From positions 62,001 to 126,000 of the forward strand of contig NZ_MWQY01000005.1 in assembly GCF_002087085.1 (NCBI RefSeq): 64,000 nt of DNA, in the 5' to 3' direction. The notes under the pieces were generated by a model, which worked only from the letters and a program-made list of their open reading frames with translations, did no database searches and was not told where the DNA came from. The translations under genes and the position numbers were made by a program. Within the stretch, counting starts at the first letter, position 1; each line of letters opens with the position of its first letter. Below are positions 59,124 through 64,000 of this stretch, piece by piece.

Positions 59124-60665
59124 TCAACTCATCTCTTTCAGAATGTTCTTTCGTGACGGTCCCGCGGATAAACGACGGGACAAGCGTTTTCTGTACAGCG
59201 CTCCGCAGGACAAAAGACTGCCGACAGCCTCCTGACACCAGTTGTAGTCCCAGGTTCCGAGGATTCCGAAGGAGCTGCTCCTTCCGGCGGCTCCGCCAAG
59301 ATGTTCCGGCCTGTAGCCTTTGACGATATCCGAAACCTCCTTGCAGCTGAGCATGGAACTGTATTCCCTTACGAGTCCGACTATCTCATCAGATCCCCTG
59401 GGGATGAACTCTATCGAACCGGTACAGACATCGCAGATGCCGCAGGCTGCATGCTCTTCATGGGGTGAAAAGAGACTCATCAGGGATTTCCGTCTGCAGC
59501 GCTTGTTTGAGAGAAAAGCCTTGACGAGGGTTCCGTACCGCGTATCCCTGGATGATTCAAACTTCATGGCCAGATCGGAGGGTTCGAAAAGGACAACGGC
59601 CCGGCAGGGTTTTCCATCCCGCCCGGCACGTCCGGATTCCTGTACATAGGCTTCCACCGAGGGGGGCAGCCCCCTGTGAACGACACTGCGGATCCCCGCG
59701 CAGTCAACGCCGAGCCCAAAGGCGCAGGTGGCGCAGAGGATCAGATCTCCCCCCTGCATGAACCAGTTTTCTACCTGCTGTTTCTCCTCCTTCGAAAGTC
59801 CGGCATGATAAAATTTAACCCTTTCTGCCGCATCTGAGGAACGGCTTGCCAGGAGCCGTGCGGTATCTTCCGCATCCCTGCGCCGGCGGCAGAAGATTAT
59901 CATGGGAGTCTTCAGGCAGGATTCTGCAAGATATACAAGGTCGGCCTCCGGGCTGATGCTCGGTATGGCGCTGAAGGCTATGTTCTCCTTCGCCGGAGAT
60001 CTGGAGTACAGGCTGTAACCCTGGTTTCCAAAAATGAGTCCGGCCATCTGGGGGAGCAGTTCGGGAGAAGCCGTGGCGGTAAAGGCGCTGACCCGCCGGG
60101 GATCAAGCTCCCTGACGAAGCTGCAGACCTCAACATAGGCGGGACGGAAGCTCAGGCCCCATTCAGCGCTGGTGTGGGCCTCATCAAAGACAAGGTGCCG
60201 GGGAGGACTTTTCCGTAAGGCCTTTTGGATATCCAGGTCCAGAATACTTTCCGGGTTTGCCAGAAGTACCCGGACCTCCCCGTCGGCAGCCTCTGATATG
60301 GCGGCCAGCTTCTCCCGTTTTGACGTCCCCCCGACAAGGGGAAAAACGCGGACGCCGGCCTTCCTGAAACGCTGCAGCTGGTCGCTGATAAGGGCGTTCA
60401 GCGGATAAATGATAAGGCTGTAGCCGGGTATGACAAGGGCCGGAAGCATGTAACATATACTCTTTCCGGCACCGGTTGGAAGCAGAATAAGACCTCTGGA
60501 CGGTGCTTCGGAGCCCGCCCCCGTGACGGGTACACCGCAGGCAACACAGATCTCCTCGATTATGGCCCGCTGATAGGAAAAAAGACTCGTAAGGCCGAAA
60601 TTCTGCAGATAATCTTCAGGATTCGTCGTTTCCGAAAGGCTGTCTTGTTTTATTGAGTCGATCAT
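59124..60665 (-). CDS. RecQ-family ATP-dependent DNA helicase (no HRDC domain evident)
   Basis: PTGAGKSICY, DEAH, TATA, YHAGL, QESGRAGRDG, CRR...CGICDVC. Confidence 0.9.
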   Translation of the reverse strand: MIDSIKQDSLSETTNPEDYLQNFGLTSLFSYQRAIIEEICVACGVPVTGAGSEAPSRGLILLPTGAGKSICYMLPALVIPGYSLIIYPLNALISDQLQRFRKAGVRVFPLVGGTSKREKLAAISEAADGEVRVLLANPESILDLDIQKALRKSPPRHLVFDEAHTSAEWGLSFRPAYVEVCSFVRELDPRRVSAFTATASPELLPQMAGLIFGNQGYSLYSRSPAKENIAFSAIPSISPEADLVYLAESCLKTPMIIFCRRRRDAEDTARLLASRSSDAAERVKFYHAGLSKEEKQQVENWFMQGGDLILCATCAFGLGVDCAGIRSVVHRGLPPSVEAYVQESGRAGRDGKPCRAVVLFEPSDLAMKFESSRDTRYGTLVKAFLSNKRCRRKSLMSLFSPHEEHAACGICDVCTGSIEFIPRGSDEIVGLVREYSSMLSCKEVSDIVKGYRPEHLGGAAGRSSSFGILGTWDYNWCQEAVGSLLSCGALYRKRLSRRLSAGPSRKNILKEMS

Positions 60666-60851
60666 GCTGTATAAAACTGCAGTAACCGTCGTCTGATTTT
60701 TGAACAGGGTAAGGGATAAAATGCTGATACAGGTGAGTATCTTACAAATAATTCAAGAAATCGATGTATGATTAAAAATAATCTTCCTGCTTACTTGAAA
60801 AAATTATAATATTTACCTAATCTGAGGCAGAAACTTCTACAAGGAGGGCGC

Positions 60852-61340
60852 ATGGCGGCGGGCCACGAAATTGATGAACTGGACCTGAATATTATTCGCA
60901 TTCTGCAGCAGGACGCGCGTCGTCCATTTCAGGAGATTGCCAGGGACCTTTCGGTTTCCGGAGGAACAGTCCATGTGCGATACAACAAGTTACGGGAACT
61001 TGGCATTATAAAGGGTTCCCGGATTATCGTGGACATGCAGATGCTCGGTTTCGAGGTATGCGCCTTCGTCGGTATCAACCTCCACAACGCCCGGGACTAC
61101 AATATCGTTGTTCAGAAACTCAAGGACTTTGATGAAATAATCGAGGTTCATTCCACCACCGGGGCGTATAACTTTTTTATTAAAGTCGTTGCCAAGAACA
61201 CCCGGGGACTTCACAATTTTCTTACCGACCGGCTTCAGGAAATGCCGGAAATCCAGTCCACCGAAACCTTTATCTCCCTCGACCTGCCGGTTGACCGCGA
61301 GATACCTATAGACAAGAATCAAATAATAGGGTACGCCTAG
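60852..61340 (+). CDS. Lrp/AsnC-family transcriptional regulator
   Basis: IDELDLNIIRILQQDARRPFQEIARDLSVSGGTVHVR, TTGAYNFFIKV, STETFISL. Confidence 0.94.
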   Translation: MAAGHEIDELDLNIIRILQQDARRPFQEIARDLSVSGGTVHVRYNKLRELGIIKGSRIIVDMQMLGFEVCAFVGINLHNARDYNIVVQKLKDFDEIIEVHSTTGAYNFFIKVVAKNTRGLHNFLTDRLQEMPEIQSTETFISLDLPVDREIPIDKNQIIGYA

Positions 61341-61382
61341 AACGGACAGGTTATCCCGAAATCTATCTGACAGGTATCTTAT

Positions 61383-62681
61383 ATGAATAATCCGAAGATG
61401 TACGAAGCTGCCCGAAATGCACGAAAAGCAGCTGTTGATATGGCTGTTCTGACGGGCGAGCAGAAGAACAGGGCCCTTGCCGGCATCATAGCGGTTCTGC
61501 AGGAAAATGCACAGACAATCTTTGACGCCAATACCAGGGATATCGCTCAGGCTCAAAAGGACGGCGTTCCCGCGCCTCTACTGAAACGCCTGGTCTTCGA
61601 TGCGAAAAAGCTGGATGGGGCGATCCATGGCATCAGGGCACTCATCGGCCTCGATGAACCCGTAGGCCGGCTGCAGCTGGCAACCGAGCTCGATGAAGGG
61701 CTCGAGTTGCACCGGATAAGCTGCCCCATCGGTGTCATCGGAATGATTTTTGAGTCCCGCCCCGACGCCCTGGTACAGATTTCCACTCTCTGTCTCAAGA
61801 GCGGAAACTCCGTGCTCCTGAAGGGAGGCAGGGAAGCCCTTGAAACCAACCGTGTTCTTGCCTCATGTATTGCCGAAGGGGCCGCCAGGGAAGGACTGCC
61901 TGAAGGGTGGATTTACAATATTGAATCCAGGGAGGAGGTTGCCCAGATGCTTTCCATGGACAACGAGATTGACCTCCTTGTCCCCCGGGGATCCAACGAG
62001 TTCGTCCGTTATATAATGGATAACAGCCGAATACCCGTCATGGGCCACGCCGACGGAATCTGTCATACCTATATTCATGCCTCTGCGGATCCGGGAATCG
62101 CGGTACGGGTTGCGGTGGATGGAAAGGCCCAGTACGTTGCTGTCTGCAATGCCACGGAAACCATCCTAATCGACAGATCCGTTGTAAAAATCATTCTGCC
62201 TCTGCTTGTTAACGCCCTGGAGGCGGCGGGCGTCAGGATAAAGGCCTGTGCAGTATGCAGAGAGCTTATACCCGGCCTTGAAGAAGCGGTGGAGGAAGAC
62301 TGGAGCACCGAGTATCTTGATCTGATCGTATCCGTAAAGGCGGTGGAGGGTCTGGAAGAGGCGGTTGATCATATCAACCGCTACGGTTCCGGGCATACCG
62401 ATGCAATTGTGGCCAGCGATACGACGGCATCGGATTTTTTTACCTCCCGGGTGGATTCGGCCAATGTCTTTGTAAACTGCAGCACCAGGTTCTCCGACGG
62501 TTTTCGCTACGGTTTCGGCGCCGAGGTGGGAATCAGCACCGGAAAGCTCCATGCCCGGGGCCCGGTGGGACTGGAAGGCCTGTTGACCTACAAGTACAAG
62601 CTGACAGGCACGGGCCAGATTGTTGCAGATTACGCTTCGGGTAAAAAGCATTTTACCCATCGAAAGCTGGATATTAACTGA
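61383..62681 (+). CDS. proA: Gamma-glutamyl phosphate reductase
   Basis: PIGVIGMIFESRP, KSGNSVLLKGG, CNATET, GSGHTD, STRFSDGFRYGFGAEVGIST. Confidence 0.97.
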   Translation: MNNPKMYEAARNARKAAVDMAVLTGEQKNRALAGIIAVLQENAQTIFDANTRDIAQAQKDGVPAPLLKRLVFDAKKLDGAIHGIRALIGLDEPVGRLQLATELDEGLELHRISCPIGVIGMIFESRPDALVQISTLCLKSGNSVLLKGGREALETNRVLASCIAEGAAREGLPEGWIYNIESREEVAQMLSMDNEIDLLVPRGSNEFVRYIMDNSRIPVMGHADGICHTYIHASADPGIAVRVAVDGKAQYVAVCNATETILIDRSVVKIILPLLVNALEAAGVRIKACAVCRELIPGLEEAVEEDWSTEYLDLIVSVKAVEGLEEAVDHINRYGSGHTDAIVASDTTASDFFTSRVDSANVFVNCSTRFSDGFRYGFGAEVGISTGKLHARGPVGLEGLLTYKYKLTGTGQIVADYASGKKHFTHRKLDIN

Positions 62682-63790
62682 TGCGTGATTTTTCTTACTG
62701 TAAACGGGTTGTCGTCAAGATAGGGACCAATCTGCTCTCATCCCCTGAGGGAGTACGGGAAGACTTTCTCGAAAGAGTTGCCAGGGATATCTGCGTCCTC
62801 CGGGAAAAAGGGCTGCAGGTGGTCGTTGTAACCTCCGGAGCCGTAGGAATGGGGGCCAGGGAACTCGGATTAAGCGGCAAGGTCACCAGGATAAATATGC
62901 GCCAGGCCTGTGCAGCCATCGGTCAACCCCTTCTGATGCAGTCATACCGCTCGGTATTCGGCAGGCTCGGGGTCAATATCGCCCAGTTGCTTCTTACTCC
63001 GGAGGTCCTCAATAACAGGAAAAGCTATCTTACCCTGCGGGATTCCCTGGAAACCCTGTTTTCCCTTCGGGTGCTTCCTGTTGTGAATGAGAACGACAGT
63101 GTCTCCACCAGTGAAATAGGCAATGCCTTTGGAGAGAACGATCGCCTGAGTGCTCTTGTGGCCAGTAAGATCGACGCCGATCTTCTGATTCTTATGACCG
63201 ATATCGACGCTTTATACGATGCCGACCCTCGAAGCAACAGCGAGGCAAAGCCGCTGAGTATAGTGGAGGAGCTTACTCCGGAAATTCTGGCAGCCGCCGG
63301 CAGTGCCGGCAGCGCACATTCCACCGGGGGCATGCGCACAAAACTTGATGCTGTCAAGATCGCCCGCCGGGCCGGCTGCAGGGTTGTGCTTGCCCACGGA
63401 AACACCGAAAACATGCTGGAAAGAATCATCGCGGGAGAGGCAATCGGAACGCTGTTTCTCGCCCGGCCCAGAATAAAGAACCGCAAACGCTGGATCCTCT
63501 ACAGCTGGCCGGAAGGTTTCCTGCGGATCGACGAAGGTGCAGCCAGTGCTCTTCGGGAGCACAAGAGCCTGCTGCCCAGGGGACTTACCGCCGTTGAGGG
63601 TAATTTTCCAGCCGGCGCCGTGGTCCAGATAAATGATATTGCCAAAATCATTTCAAATTTCTCGTCCACTGAACTGCAGAAGCTTATTGGGCTTCACTCC
63701 TCCAGGATCACCGAAATCCTCGGTAAAGAAGCGCCGGTGGTAATAGCCCGCCCGGAGGAGACGGTATTCCTGGATGAAAAGGATGACTGA
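62681..63790 (+). CDS. proB: Glutamate 5-kinase with PUA domain
   Basis: VVKIGT, TSGAV, AAIGQ, VNENDSV, ENDRLSA, TGGMRTK. TGATG overlap with proA. Confidence 0.96.
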   Translation: MRDFSYCKRVVVKIGTNLLSSPEGVREDFLERVARDICVLREKGLQVVVVTSGAVGMGARELGLSGKVTRINMRQACAAIGQPLLMQSYRSVFGRLGVNIAQLLLTPEVLNNRKSYLTLRDSLETLFSLRVLPVVNENDSVSTSEIGNAFGENDRLSALVASKIDADLLILMTDIDALYDADPRSNSEAKPLSIVEELTPEILAAAGSAGSAHSTGGMRTKLDAVKIARRAGCRVVLAHGNTENMLERIIAGEAIGTLFLARPRIKNRKRWILYSWPEGFLRIDEGAASALREHKSLLPRGLTAVEGNFPAGAVVQINDIAKIISNFSSTELQKLIGLHSSRITEILGKEAPVVIARPEETVFLDEKDD

Positions 63791-64000
63791 AGGAGACCCG
63801 CAGGTGCCTTGAGGAAGGTCGCCTTTAATAACTACTCTTTTTTCCATATCCTGAGTCGTCAGGATTTTCCGCGATCCTCAACTCTTGTTACGACAAGCGT
63901 ATGCGGGCACTATAAAAATTTTCCTTCCTGACTATGGAAAAAATACCACGCTTTTAGAGGTGCCCGGATGTTATCCGAGGGAGAGAAGGGCGAGGCTTTC

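Noticed and set aside
63950..64000. AGAGGTGC as the start of a lysine or cobalamin riboswitch
   Set aside because: Downstream conserved elements of either family are absent from the visible sequence.

Overview
A gene-dense, mostly core chromosomal segment, most likely from a free-living spirochete (Spirochaetaceae-like). The taxon is inferred from gene content (FemX-type ligase beside murD, orphan FlgH-like gene, tRNA-Arg(TCG), several hypotheticals), not from a database hit. Housekeeping genes include murD, dxs, long-form ilvC, leuCD, proAB, pepF, rdgB, tig-clpP-clpX-lon, xseAB, class II nrdJ with tandem NrdR boxes, rpmB, a RecQ-family helicase and six tRNAs. A visibly more AT-rich block downstream of tRNA-Leu(GAG) holds a LacI/TRAP/AllD-like/Zn-dehydrogenase sugar-acid locus, a pseudo-receiver PAS kinase and a membrane diguanylate cyclase. 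There is also an aminotransferase-iorAB-paaK-paaK-ACT aryl-acid cluster. The two best observations absent from the ORF track are (1) a perfect sigma54 (-24/-12) promoter in front of a divergent sigma70-family-like gene, suggesting an RpoN-to-alternative-sigma cascade, and (2) a 29-aa bS22/mS38-type (AURKAIP1/COX24) ribosomal protein gene at 3382-3471. I found no integrase, transposase, prophage or CRISPR array. All product calls come from motif recognition by eye, with no searches run.
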